Both the position numbers and the translations under genes were made by a program. 64,000 nt of DNA from Octopus vulgaris (Eukaryota): assembly GCA_951406725.2 (NCBI GenBank), contig OX597827.1, forward strand, positions 64,604,001-64,668,000, given 5' to 3'. The first letter of the stretch is position 1, and each line of letters begins with the position of its first letter. The notes under the pieces are model-generated. The model worked only from the letters and a program-made list of their open reading frames with translations, had not been told where the DNA came from and did not search any database. Below are positions 1 to 14,484 of this stretch, one piece after another.

Positions 1-203
1 TTTCTGTGATAACGATCCCTATTATTCATTTTTTTTCTCCCCCCCCTTTTTTTTAACCCCTCCCCTTTTTTTTGTCCTTTTTCTTTCCTTTTACGATCCC
101 TTTTGATCGAAAACCACCACTCTCCTTTTTTACCCCCAAAAGAAAAGCTCTACCTTGTAATTTGTTCTATCTGTGTGCAGCCCTGTGTGGCTAATAAAGA
201 AAC
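1..203 (+). mobile_element. Tx1-like LINE copy A, 3' UTR only (continues upstream of window)
   Basis: Near-identical to the 3' UTR of copy B (about 2263-2479); ends ...ccctgtgtggctaataaagaaaca followed by (TATC)n. Confidence 0.9.
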
Positions 204-566
<363 letters not shown>

Positions 567-2101
567 CGAGACCTTTCAACATTGCACGTTCGGTCCGTCA
601 GGGATGCCCCCTCTCGGCGCTTCTATACGTATTGACTCTTGAGCCACTACTGCGGAAGCTGGCGACTCTAAGGGGCATCCCGCGAGAATTGGGATGCGGG
701 ACGAGCGTGTCTGCATACGCGGACGACGTCACCGTCATAGTGTCTAGCCACGAGCACATCGAGCTGGTCGGCGAGACACTGAAAAACTACGAAGCGGTGA
801 CAGGAGCGAAAATCAACCGGGAAAAGTCAGTGGGCTTGCGACTAGGCACCTGGAGAAGCAAGCCCATGCCGTCCACCAGCGCCTCCGTCGTGGGACGCTG
901 GACCGACGGCCCGGTTGAGTTGCTCGGGGTCTGGTTTGGTCCGGACCTCCAAGTGGAGAAGAACTGGAACGAGATAACGAGTAGGGTGGTCACTCTCGCC
1001 CGGCAATGGGCCGAGAGGAAACTGTCCCTAAAAGGTCGAGCGGAGGTGGCGAACACGTACATCGCGTCCGTCATCTACTACCGCCTGACCGTCGTACCTT
1101 GTCCCGACCCTACCATCACCAAACTACAACGCATCCTCTTTCGCTTCTTGTGGAAAGGATGCGTCCCGATGGTCAGGCGATCCATTTGCTGTCAACACCC
1201 GTTAAAAGGAGGGCTGGGCATGCCGTGGTTGATGATGCGCAGACACGCGCTGAGACTGCGACATCTCTGGCTCTATGTAGACGACGGTGAACAGGTGTGG
1301 TCGCCGTTTGTGAGGCACGCTTTCCCGCAGCTCGTCTCCATGACCGAACTGCAGTCGTGGATCAAAAAGAGGCCGAGGAAGGGCGAATGGCACCGCGAGT
1401 GTCGCGTTGCTCTCAAGCAACTCTGCCGTCCTGGGTCGACCTTAAGTGACTTCAACACAACCAAAGCATTCTATAGGGGTTTAGTGGAGGGGAGGTACGA
1501 CGACGAGCTCGGGGCGAACCTGGACGTCGACGAGGAGTACCTGACCCGCCTGTTCAGGACGACTTTCGGGCCAGGGCCCATGGACAACTTCCAGAGATCC
1601 CTGGCCTGGCAGTGCTACCGAGAAGCGCTACCCGTTCGGGATAAGCTCTACAGACACGGCTCGAGAAACACGGGGCCGACCTGCCCGAGATGCGGTCAGA
1701 GCGACGAAACCGTTCTGCACGCACTCGTTCAGTGTCCAACAATTTCCGACCTGTGGGCTTATGTCGAACAACTGCTGTCACGTGTGGGACGAGTCGGTTT
1801 ATCAGCTGAGTCTATCGTCAATATTGTCACGCCTCCTTCCTTCAAACGGGAAGGAAGAGCTATTTTCATCATCCTTGTGGCTATGGCGAAAGAATGTATC
1901 TGGTGGACGCGTCTGAAAGGATTGGAGACAAACACTTTCCTCTCTGGTCAATCTCTCATCAACTTCTTCAAGTACCACTTGAAAAGGAAAGTGAGAGTAG
2001 AGAGGCAGGTTTTGTCTAGCGAATGTTTTAAAAAAAGATGGGTGAATGTAGCAAGAATGGCACGTATGAATGACGAAGCCACCTTGAGCATAGTCCTATG
2101 A
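567..2101 (+). CDS. Truncated LINE ORF2: RT motifs, thumb and CCHC zinc finger; open to the stop codon
   Basis: [40 protein letters not shown]. The first ~130 aa of track ORF 173..2101 are 3' UTR and microsatellite read-through, not real protein. Confidence 0.9.
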
Positions 2102-2479
2102 ACCCAGAAATCGAAAACAGAGAGTTGCTTATTTGCAAAAAAAAAAAAAAAAAGAAATATAAAATGTGACATCATTGACCGAGGTTACCGTGGTCTTTTC
2201 CGTAGGCTTTTCTTTGCACGGGTAAACCTCACCTGTCCTCCCCTTTACACTTCATATTGACATTTCTGTGATAACGATCCCTATTGATCAATTTTTTTCC
2301 TCCCCCCTTTTTTTAAACCCCCCTTTTTTTGTCCTCTTTCTCTCCTTTTACGATCCCTTTTGATCGAAACTCCCACTTCCTTTTTTTTTTTTTTTTTCTT
2401 TCTTAAACCTTCAAAAGAAAAGCTCTACCTTGTAATTTGTTCTATCTGTGTGCAGCCCTGTGTGGCTAATAAAGAAACA
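567..2479 (+). mobile_element. Tx1-like (L1 clade) non-LTR retrotransposon copy B, 5'-truncated
   Basis: ORF2 C-terminal half plus about 380 nt 3' UTR ending in aataaa and a (TATC)n tract. Confidence 0.92.
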
Positions 2480-2508
2480 TATCTATCTATCTATCCATCT
2501 ATCTATCC

Positions 2509-2584
<76 letters not shown>
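2480..2584 (+). repeat. (TATC)n microsatellite between Tx1 copies B and C
   Basis: Directly visible. Confidence 0.97.
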
Positions 2585-2586
<2 letters not shown>

Positions 2587-4018
2587 AACGACTAGGGTGG
2601 CTACTCTCACCCAGAAATGGACTGAGAGAAAGCTATCCCTAAAAGGTCGGGCGGAGGTGGCGAACGCGTACATCGCATCCGTCATCGAGTATCGTCTGAC
2701 CGTCGTACCTTGTCCCGACCCTACCATCACCAAACTGGAACGCATACTCTTCCGCTTCTTGTGGAAGGGAAACGTTCCGATGGTTAGGCGATCCATTTGC
2801 TGCCAACACCCGCTAAATGGAGGGCTGGGCATGCCGTGGTTGATGATGCGCAGACATGCGCTGAGACTGCGACATCTCCGGCGCTTCATAGACAACGGTG
2901 AACAGGGGTGGTCGCCTTTTGTGCGGCGCGCTTTCCCGCAGCTCGTCTCCTTGAACGAACTACAGTCATGGATCAAGCAGAGACCGAGGCTAGGCGAATG
3001 GCACCGCGAGTGTCGCGTTGCTCTCAAGCAACTCTGCCGTCCGGGATCGAACTTGTGCGACTCCATCACAACAAAGGCATTCTATAGAGGATTGGTGGAG
3101 GGGAGGTGCGACGACGAACTCGGGCAGAGTCTGGGCGTCGACGAGGAACACCTGACCCGCCTGTTCAGGACAACTTTCGGGCCGGGACCTATGAACAATC
3201 ACCAAAGATCCCTGGCCTGGCAGTGCTATCGAGAAGCATTACCTGTTCGGGATAAGCTCTACAGACACGGTTCCAGACACACTGGACCGACTTGCCCGAG
3301 ATGCGGTCAGAGCGACGAAACCGTTCTGCACGCACTCGTGCAATGTCCAACCATTTCCGACCTGTGGGCTTATGCCGAACGGCTGCTGTCACGTGTGGGA
3401 CGAATCCGCCTATCGGCCGAGTCTATCGTGAGAATTGCTCCGCCCCCTTCCCTCAACCGGGAAGGCAAGGCAGTTTTCATCGTACTGGTGGCCATGGTGA
3501 AAGAATGTGTGTGGTGGACTCGAGCGAAAGGATTAGAGACAAACACTTACCTCTCTGGCCAATCGCTCATCAACTTTTTCAAGTACCACTTGAAAAGGAA
3601 GGTGAGAATGGAGAGGGAAGTTTTGTCTCGCGAAAGATTCAAAAAAAGATGGGTGAATGTTGCAAAGATGGTGCGTGCTAGTAACGAAACCATTTTGAGC
3701 ATGATCCTGTAGATCGTAAAAAAGAAAGAAAGAGAGCTTTTTTGACCTCATGTGTTTATTTCCTCCCTGACTGGGGTTCCCGTGGTCTTTTCTGTAGGCT
3801 TTTCTTCCCACGGATGAACCCAATCTTGTTATATCAATGTTTACATCATTATTTCTGTGATACACGATTTCCTTTTTTTTTCCTTTTTTTCCTCCTCTCG
3901 ATCCCTTTTGATCGCAATCTTACATTTTTTTTTTTTTTTTTCCACCCTCGAAAAGAAAAGCTCTGCATTTGTATTTGTCCCCTCTGTATTCAGCCCTGTG
4001 TGGCTAATAAAAGAAAGT
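2585..4018 (+). mobile_element. Tx1-like LINE copy C, 5'-truncated, sister subfamily (ORF open 2585-3712)
   Basis: Protein collinear with copy B from ITxRV onward, including CPRC..H..C; diverged 3' UTR; followed by (TATC)n at 4019-4047. Confidence 0.92.
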
Positions 4019-4055
4019 TATCTATCTATCTATCTATCTATCTATCTGTCTGTCT

Positions 4056-4165
4056 GCGTCCCGTCCAGCTTGGGTGGGGGAACACATACGTCATAGAAAC
4101 CGGGAAACCGGGCCCAAGAGCCAGGCTAGGCTTGAAAAGGGCGCATAAATAAAGATAAATAATTT
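4056..4165 (+). mobile_element. 3' half of V-domain-like tRNA SINE
   Basis: Matches 15425-15520 (gcgtcccgtccagct...aaaagggcgcat). Confidence 0.75.
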
Positions 4166-4687
4166 ATTTCTATCAACCCACTTTCTTCACATTTCTTCTA
4201 TTCCTTCCTCCGTCCATCTTCTATTCCTCCCTCAGTTCATCCCGGTCAATGATTTACCGTCTTTCCCTTTTCTTCTCTCGGTCTCTTTCCTCACACCCTC
4301 TTTCTTCGTATCTCCCTCTCCCTAATTTACCCCACTCCTCTTTGTATTCGTTTTGCACGGGCATTTTCAAGTCTCCAATCTCTGCCTTTCTCTCTACCTT
4401 TTACTACTCGTTCTCTCTATCCTCTCCTTTGCGGTACCACGTTATCATTCCAATATCTCTTTTCACCAATCCTTTTCATGCGTGACCGTTGCCCCTTTCA
4501 GTCATGCTCTTTTGGATTGTTGCCTTAGCATTCACGTTCGTTTTCGTCTTATTTTTCCACCTTTCGTTCTATCTTTCTCTCTATTTTTCAATCCTAACTT
4601 TCTTTGTCTTATCTCTTTACTTTCCTTTTCAAGTCATATGCATGAGCATACATTCATCTTTTTCTCTCCTTGTTTTTTTCTGTGTCC

Positions 4688-4723
4688 CTTTCTGCAGAAG
4701 AGCGTAGGCTCGAAACGTAAAAG
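4688..4723 (+). ncRNA. Minimal type I hammerhead ribozyme motif, A6 mutated
   Basis: cttt-CTGCAGA-a-GAGC gtag GCTC-GAAA-cg-TA-aaag; the surrounding element recurs inverted at about 4862-4990 across a (TA)n tract. Confidence 0.7.
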
Positions 4724-4811
4724 ACTTTTTCTATTCCTGAGCGTTATACTAATACATCTGTTTGTTTTGTACACCACCTTGTCTTCGTCTTTTGTTTTTT
4801 TCGTAAACTCT

Positions 4812-4863
<52 letters not shown>

Positions 4864-5182
4864 CGGGAAGGCTTACGAAAATAAACAAAAGACGAAGCCA
4901 GGTGGAGTACAAACAAACAAATGTATTAGTATGGCGCTCAGGAATAGAAATAGAACAAGTCTTTTACGTTTCTTCGACAGAAAGATACACAGAAAAAAAA
5001 CAAGGAGAAAAACAAGGAGAGAAAAAAAGAGAGAAAAAAAGGAGAGAAAAAAGGAGAGAAAAAACATATATATATACAGGAGTAAGCACATAAATGTGAA
5101 ACAAGGTGGAAAGAAAAGAGTACTCAAATACCACAGGTAGAGTAATATGCTTTATGTAAAAGCAGCAGAAATATAACGAAAG

Positions 5183-5220
5183 CTGTTACTCAGAGTTTCA
5201 CGTTCCCGTTCGTCGGACAG
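5183..5220 (-). ncRNA. Minimal hammerhead motif, U4 mutated, in fold-back element about 5147-5295
   Basis: Minus strand ctgt-CCGACGA-ACG ggaa CGT-GAAA-ctctgag-TA-acag. Confidence 0.7.
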
Positions 5221-5329
5221 AGTTGTTAAAAAAAAATAACGTGAAACTCTGAATAACAGCTTTTGTTATATTTCTGCTGCTTTTAAATAAAGTATATATA
5301 TATATATATATACATACATATAAATCCTT

Positions 5330-5710
5330 AAAAATGTTTTATCCCGAAGGCCGCGGCCATGCTGGAATGAGCTACACTAATTTGTGAATCCACCTCTGAT
5401 ACGTGGCACTTGATCAACAAGGAAGTTCGATGCTGCTGCCCGCATCTGTGTCTCCTGTCGTGAGGTAGGTTCATCCGGGACTCCCGACAAGAAGAGATCC
5501 AGTTTAGTTTTAAAGAAACCCACATCCACACCATGTAAGTCTCTCAGGCATTTAGGGAGGATGTTAAAGAGCTGTGGTCCTCTGAAAACCCAAGCTGCTG
5601 CAGTATCTGGACCTGTATTTTGATGGTGATGTTGAAATCTTTGGCACCATGCAGTGGCGCCCCGTTCTGCGGTTGGGGTAACTTTGAATGCCAAAGTTTG
5701 GGACAAGACC
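5330..5710 (-). mobile_element. LINE 3' end, probably CR1 group
   Basis: [40 protein letters not shown]; homologous to 50188-50490. Confidence 0.8.
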
Positions 5711-5891
5711 CTCCAGGATTTTCCAGATGTATATCACCGCATATCTCTCCCGCCTCCGCTCTAGGGAGAAGAGGTTTAATACCTTCAGTCTATATATCTA
5801 CGTATATATATCTACATATATCTATATATACGTACATATATATATACATATATATACACACATATATACATATATATATATATAAATGTAG

Positions 5892-5924
<33 letters not shown>

Positions 5925-6112
5925 CATATATATACATATACATATATCTACGTATATATATATGCACATATATATATATACGTACATATATATACATATA
6001 TATACACACATATATACATATATATATACATCTTTCTTTGCTGTCTTTTCTTCACTTTCTCTAACAGTCTCAAACTCTGCGTGCCTATTTATCAATATGG
6101 TGATTGCCACTC

Positions 6113-6152
<40 letters not shown>

Positions 6153-6794
6153 GCACACACAAACATTACATACATATAGACAAATATTACATACATACAG
6201 TCATTAATGTATATTACTTTTGTTAAATACACGAACTCTTGGCCCTTGAGTCACTCTGTAAAGTCTAAATATCAGTAATAATAAAATATATATACATACA
6301 TACTCATATAACAAGCTGTAATATAATTCCTTACAGAACCAAAGAAAGCCATGTGGACAATGGCGAAAATTATAGACACATGAATACAAGAGTATATACA
6401 TCGTAACTTTCTACAAAAGATTCTCTATCAAATTTCATTTTTTGAAAAACTTTTTTCAATAACACTTCTCGTAAAATACCTGAATAAAAATTCCTCTTGT
6501 ACTGTCTTATATTCCTCCCCACCACTACAAACTCAACACCACTATAAAATGGTCAAAACTCCTCTCACAGGAACTTAGTTTGATTTGAAAACCCCACTAG
6601 AATGGGAGAAAGCGCTAATACATGATCTAAGTTATATGATGTATAAAAAATGTAATATACAAATAAATATCTGTACATATAAACCATCCGATTTTCTGAC
6701 TACCTCATTTCTTCTAATATGAAATACCTGTACATCATCTCCAAACCTTCCAATAAATATATATATATATATATGTATATATGTGTGTGAGTGT

Positions 6795-6940
6795 ATACGA
6801 AGGGCTGCTTTCAGTTTCATCTACCAAACACACTCACGAAAGCATTGTTCGGACCGAGTTATAGTAGACGACACTTGGTGCCGCGCAATGGCACTGAACT
6901 CGAAACCGCATGGTTAAAGATTGAGCTTTCTAACCAAGCC
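6795..6940 (-). mobile_element. Decayed CORE-like tRNA SINE head
   Basis: Similar to 17195-17359. Confidence 0.6.
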
Positions 6941-7846
6941 TATATATTTTGTTGATTGATACAAGCTTTTAGCTGTACACTATAGGCCAAACATCATTAA
7001 TATTTGCTTGTAGAAATTATTGGTTCATAGCATTGAAAGGAGCGCTGCTTTTTTCCTTGTTGTTGTTCTTCTTGATGATGATGTTCACAGTGAAATTGTT
7101 GTTGTTGGTGTTGTAGAAATTGTTGTTATTGTTGCTGTAGTTGTTTTCTATCTTTGCCAAATAAACTTCCGGCTTCATTACGTCAGGTTTTAGATAATTG
7201 AGCTGCAAATATTGTTGGGAACAAGTTAACTAAACAGGAACTAATATAATTATATGTATGTATGTAAGTATGTATGTATGTATGTATGTATGTATGTATG
7301 TATGTATGTATGTATGTATGTATGTATGTATGTATGCATGCATGCATGTATGTATGTATGTATGTATGTATGTATGTATGTATGTATGTATGTATGCATG
7401 AATATATGTATGTATGCATGCATGAATGTATGTATGTATATATGTATGTATGTATGTATGCATGAATGTATAAATGTATGTATGCATGAATGTATGTATG
7501 TATGTATGTATGCATGTCTGTATGTATGTATGTGGATATGTATATGTGTCGATTTCTTTAGCTATTTATAAATATATATGTAGGTATAAATACATATATG
7601 TGTGTGTGTTTCTGTGTGTGGATATATATATATATGCATATATATGTAGGTATGTGTGCATGTGTGTGTGTGTATTATTTGATTATTACAAAGGAATTCG
7701 TATACACACACACTCACACCCCCACACACATATATATATACACATCCAAACACGTATATCCACATATACAACGCACACACACACACACTAGAGTACACAA
7801 ACTGCACTTTTCAAGAACGATCCTCTCTCATATATACTGGCCTTAA

Positions 7847-9086
7847 TGAAAGACTACGAAGCGGTAACAGGAGCGAAAATCAACCGGGAAAAGTCAGTGG
7901 GCTTGCGTCTCGGCACCTGGAGAAGCAAGCCCATGCCGTCCACCAACGCCTTCTTCGCAGGACGCTAGACCGACTGTCCGGTCGAGTTTCTCGGAGTCTA
8001 GTTTGGTCCGGACCCCCAAATGTAGAGGAACTGGAACGAGATAACGAGTAGGGTGGTCACTCTCGCCCGGCAATGGGCCGAGGGGCAGCTGTCCCTAAAA
8101 GCATTCTATAGGGGTTTAGTGGAGGGGAGGTACGACGACGATCACGGGGCGAACGTGGGCGCCAACGAGGAATACCTGACATTCCTGTTCAAGACGACTT
8201 TCGGGCCGGGACCTATGGACAACTTCCAGAGATTTCTGGCCTGGCAGTGCTACCAAGAAGCGCTACCCGCTCGGGATAAGCTCTACAGACACGGTTCGAG
8301 AAACACGGGGCCGACCTGCCCGAGATGCGGTCAGAGCGATGAAACCGTTCTACTCGCACTCGTGCAGTGTCCAACCATTTCCGACCTGTGGGCTTATGTC
8401 GAACGACTGCTATCGCGTATGGGACGAGTCGGTTTATGACCGAGTCTATCGTGAATATTGTCGTGCCGCCTTCCTTGAAAGGGGAACGAAGAGCTATTTT
8501 CATCGTACTTGTGGCTATGGCGAAAGAATGTGTAGTGTGGACGCGTCTGAAAGGTCTAGAGACACACACTTTCTTCTCTGGTCAATCTCTCATCAACTTC
8601 TTCAAGTATCACTTGAAGAGAAAGGTGAGAGTACAGAGGGAAGTTTTTTCTTGTGAATGTTTAAAGAAAAAGATGGGTGAATGTAGCAAGGATAGCACGT
8701 GTGAATGACGGAGCCAGCTTGAGCATAATCCTATGAACCAAAAGAAAACAGAAAACCAAAGGAAAAAAGGGAGCCACTTACTGTAATGTGTTTTCTTTTT
8801 GCCTGACACTATTGCCCAAGGTTCCCGTGGTCTTTTCCGTAGGCTTTTCTATCCACGGCCAAACCTAATATGTTTTCCCTTTTTACATTGACATGTCTGT
8901 GATACACGATCCCTATTGATCAGCTCCAGGGTCTTTTTTTTCCAGATCCCTTTTGATCGGAATCCCCCCCGCTGTTTTCACGATCCCTTTTGATCGGAAT
9001 TTGCCCTCCACTTTTTTCCCTTCTCTTCTTCCCAAAAAGAAAAGCTCTACTTTGTATTTCGTTTAGCTCTGCGTGGCCAATAAAAA
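7847..9086 (+). mobile_element. Tx1-like LINE copy D, decayed, with internal deletion at 8100/8101
   Basis: Homologous to copy B with stops and frameshifts; jumps from LSLK to AFYRG; followed by (TATC)n at 9087-9185. Confidence 0.9.
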
Positions 9087-9170
<84 letters not shown>

Positions 9171-9834
9171 GTTTATCTATCTTTCTATATATATATATAT
9201 ATGTATGCATGTATGTACGAACGTATGCATGCATGTATTTGTGTACGTATGTATCTATGTTTCTATGTAAATATGTATGTACGTACGTACGTATGTATGC
9301 ATGCATGCATGTATGTAAGTATGTATGTATGTATCTATCTATCTATAAACATATTTACATATATACAAAAACGAACCTTTCAAAAAGCCTAGATATATCC
9401 ATCAAGTCACAAGATAACATATAGGGAGACGTACACATATAAATTGTCTACATCGCTCTCGCGTTCATATAGGACCATTTCACTGGGAAGGTAATCGAAG
9501 AAATATTTTCCAAACCGAGTCTCCCATAATTACAAGCAGTTTGAAGGATATCCATTTAACTTTATTGCACTTCACTACAGGACGGAAACAAAGCAGATAG
9601 AACATTCTTAGCGAGAAAGGGAAATTATTATTCTCGATATAAATTGTTGTTGGCTAACATTTGAATTTTCACAAATATTCTCCGTTTATAATGGATTATT
9701 CGCTTTGAGTTTTGACTTTTAAGGTTTCAAATTATTGTTTATTGTTTTGGCTTATATTATTGATCAATTTTATATTGGGATTTTGATATGATTACTGCGA
9801 ATAATTTCCTCCAATCATTATGTGTGCGTGGGTG

Positions 9835-9878
<44 letters not shown>

Positions 9879-9990
9879 CGCATACATATATATATATATA
9901 CATTTATATACATATATATATATATACATTTATATACATACATATACAAACATATATAATATATGTATACATACATACACACACGCACAA

Positions 9991-10027
<37 letters not shown>

Positions 10028-11277
10028 CAAACTCGCACAAACATATATCTTGAAACATATACGTATTATATATATTATATCTACATGTATGTATATATGT
10101 GTATATATTTACAAAGATGCACACACATATATATATATATATACATAATCTCAATGATTCATTATTGTTCATTTATTAACAAATAGAGGAGAGTAACTTT
10201 CAGATATATCTACATACACAAACTTATACATAGATACACAGACACATGCATACATGCACTCTTATACAGACACACACACATATCTAGATATATGTTCGAT
10301 TACGAATATATAGATATATATACATACATATATACACATCTTCATACACATACATATATACATAATACATATATACATACATATATACTTTTATGTATAC
10401 GTGCATAGATTGATACATAGCCACACATATATAGAAATATATACAGTCGCACAGTACACAATCCTCCCTCGTACATACTCTCACTTACACATTCATAAAT
10501 ACATAAAGAAATAAACACATAAATATTTGTGTACATGTGCATTTATGTATGTGTGTGCGTGTGTGTGTGAACATTAATTAAAATTCTAATACTATTTATT
10601 TCCGAAATATATCTGCCTCATAATAAGTAACTTGATATGTTTGACGTCAGGTATATAATTGTTCCATTCAAAGCATAAACTTTATTGCTTCCGAATATTG
10701 GAATTCTCTCTTGGCACATTTTAATAACGCGAGAAAAATGTGGTTTTAATAGTATTGCTTTTACAAGTTTTGAAGCCAGTCTTTGAGTCGTATATTCTCT
10801 GTATACTAGTAGCTTACGTCAATGTTTCTTCCCAGTACTTACAATAAAACTAACGGTAGTGAAGTAATAAAGCTGCTTGACTCCATTGCCACAAATTTGA
10901 AAACGTGCTGAGGAGAAATAAGAAAATCTGACTTATTTTAAAAATAACTGTGACTGATTTTTATAATAAGTTTTCTAGGTCATTACTTAGATGAAAGATG
11001 TGAAGTAGATTACTTTACATCGACCGTACATTCGAATAACCTTCGAAACGAATGCAAATCGCTGAAGTAACAGCGAAACATCTATGTCTACTGTTCTTAT
11101 TCATTCAGGAGGCAACTGGTTTCTCCGGGTTATGAAGTATAAAGTGTTTCTTTTTAACTCTATGTCTTAAGGGCACTTTGACTTGATGAAATGCTTCAGC
11201 ATTAAAGAGCTTAAACAAAACACGTACATTAAATGACATCAATAAAGTTTACATCTTTAGAACTGTTTCTTACTTAA

Positions 11278-11409
<132 letters not shown>

Positions 11410-11425
11410 TATGTATGTACATATG

Positions 11426-11460
<35 letters not shown>

Positions 11461-11513
11461 GTGTATATATATATATGTATATACATATATGTATATATAT
11501 GTGTATATATATT

Positions 11514-11544
<31 letters not shown>

Positions 11545-11698
11545 GTACGTATGTATGTATATGAATATATACACATAGGAGCGTTTAAAGTGTACGAATG
11601 TTTCATCCGTTGGCACTACTTTCATGTGAAAGCACGAACATCCCAGCTCTTGAGCCACTTTTTAACTTCTGCTGGTTATTAATAAAATCAAGCCTATC

Positions 11699-11799
<101 letters not shown>

Positions 11800-12517
11800 C
11801 TGTCTCCCTCTCACCACACACACATACACACTAACATACACATACACACACACTCTCACACGCATACACACACACTCTCTCTCTTACACACTCATACACA
11901 CACATGCAGATATATGCATTCTCACATCAGTATATTAAAAAATTTATACAACACTTTCAATAATATATTGTAATACAGTTGATTCGAGTGAATGGCCGCC
12001 AAAATTAAAATAAAAAATGGAAACGAAGGGAAAAAAAGGAAGTTAAACGATTAAAATCGATTACAGCCTCTCTGTAATTACGATAAAAAAATATTTTAAG
12101 CACTTTCGATTAATACTGATATTTACGATCATTTGTTTTGTTCGAACTTCCAATGTCGTATTGTATGGAGAAACATTTAATTTGATCGAAATATTGAGTG
12201 CTAATGAATTGAATTTTTATCGTCAATACTGGATTGTTTTATGTTTAAAGTGAAAGAAAAAAATTTAAGAAAAACATGGTAATTATTAAAGAAATATTTA
12301 TTTTGATTGAAAAGGAGACAAATGAATCAAAACATTTGACTATTAGGTCAATATCTGGGTTATATAATGTGGCACAGTCGTTGATGTGTTAGGTTAAATA
12401 ATACAACGCGGTCACAGTCGTGCTGTATTAAATAATACCAAATGGTTGTAAACGTGTTATATAATACAATATAACACGGTCATAGATGTGCTAGATAAAA
12501 TAATTCAACAAAGTCTA

Positions 12518-12592
12518 AGGGGACTCTTAAAGTCAAAACTACCATAATAAATATGTATTTATTATGGTAGTTTTGACTTTAAGAATCCCCTC
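12518..12592. repeat. Near-perfect hairpin, about 35 bp arms
   Basis: ggactcttaaagtcaaaactaccataataaata-tg-tatttattatggtagttttgactttaagaatcc. Confidence 0.9.
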
Positions 12593-12736
12593 AGAGCGTG
12601 AGCCATTTATGTGTAGTAATGCTCTTAATATAAATAAATATATTTAATGGGAATAATTATAATTTTCTCTTATGAGGTTTTTTCACACTGACTACCTGAT
12701 AAATTCTTATAAAGATTTTATCCTATTTTAAAATTT

Positions 12737-12785
<49 letters not shown>

Positions 12786-12811
12786 ATATATACATATATA
12801 TACATATATAT

Positions 12812-12879
<68 letters not shown>

Positions 12880-13023
12880 CATATATATTATATATATTTA
12901 TAAACTGCACACATTTACGTAAGCATACTATATACAGACGCATGTATATAAATTATTTATAAAATAGTGTATATGCATTAGTATATATGTACATATAAAA
13001 TGTCGTATATATATGTATAAATA

Positions 13024-13078
<55 letters not shown>

Positions 13079-13095
13079 CATATATATATATACAT

Positions 13096-13159
<64 letters not shown>

Positions 13160-13763
13160 CAAGTTACAAGTGAGGATATAAACCTCGGAAGGATAAAAAT
13201 CTCCAAGATTAGACTGGTTGAATGCTTAATAAAATAAACTCATACATATATAGTATTATTAATATTATGCAAAACATGCGAGATGTTCGAAATAAGATTA
13301 ATAAAAGTTTATTTAAATTGACAAGACCAGACCTTCAATTGTTCCAATTCATCACTTGCAGCATAAAGTTAACCAAATTGAATTTAACCAAATTAATTTG
13401 GTTAATTACTGCAAGTGAGAATATCTCCAGGGTAGGACGTACAAATAAATGTTTCATATTTAAATCAAAATGAAAATATAAAATCAGAGAAAAAATACTG
13501 TGTATCGTTATAGTTGAAAATATAGACACAGTTATAAAAATACAGTTATAAAAAAATATAGTTAGTCATAAATTAATATAAATAATGATAATGCAGACAC
13601 ACCGATACAAAAGTACCGATAGTGGTGGTGTGTAGAAAAAAACAATAGACTGGTTATTGAATTATGGGAGTAGAGAAGTGAAATAATTAGGTATTCAATA
13701 TAAACATATATACACAAATGCACGTAAAACATGTACACACACATATTGATATATTACATACAC

Positions 13764-13858
<95 letters not shown>

Positions 13859-13944
13859 AGTTCTATATTTAAGAGATGAGGAATTATTACATTATTTACA
13901 TTATTTATATTTGACGGATATTTGTCCTCATCTTGTTTGTTGTT

Positions 13945-13990
13945 AAAACAACGTTTCGGCTGATATACCCTCCAACCTTCATCAGGTGTC
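13945..13990 (-). ncRNA. Minimal hammerhead motif with intact core, in short repeat 13856-14040
   Basis: Minus strand gacac-CTGATGA-a-GGTTGG agggtata TCAGCC-GAAA-cg-TT-gtttt; same family at 54895-55040 and 61884-62030. Confidence 0.82.
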
Positions 13991-14037
13991 TTGGGGAAAT
14001 TTCGAACCTGGTTTCTCATTCCTAAGGTATTTTTCGA

Positions 14038-14039
<2 letters not shown>

Positions 14040-14095
<56 letters not shown>

Positions 14096-14120
14096 GTTGT
14101 TATTATTATTATTATTATTA

Positions 14121-14182
<62 letters not shown>

Positions 14183-14198
14183 GTTATTATTATTATTA

Positions 14199-14253
<55 letters not shown>

Positions 14254-14288
14254 CATTATTACTATTATTATTATTATTATTATTGTTG

Positions 14289-14355
<67 letters not shown>
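14040..14355. repeat. (ATT)n microsatellite
   Basis: Directly visible; source of the poly-I/L/N pseudo-ORFs. Confidence 0.98.
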
Positions 14356-14360
<5 letters not shown>

Positions 14361-14484
14361 CCACTGCTTAAAATCGAAGTCGGAATCTTGGGGTTAGTAG
14401 CCCGCGATCTTAACCAATACGCATATGCCCCAAGATTCGGACTTTGATTCCAGGCAGTGACCTGAATTCCGACTTCGATTCTCC

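Noticed and set aside
13316-13360. Hammerhead-like minus-strand motif caa-GTGATGA-attg gaa caat-tGAAG..TC-ttg
   Set aside because: Two core mismatches and no second copy to confirm it
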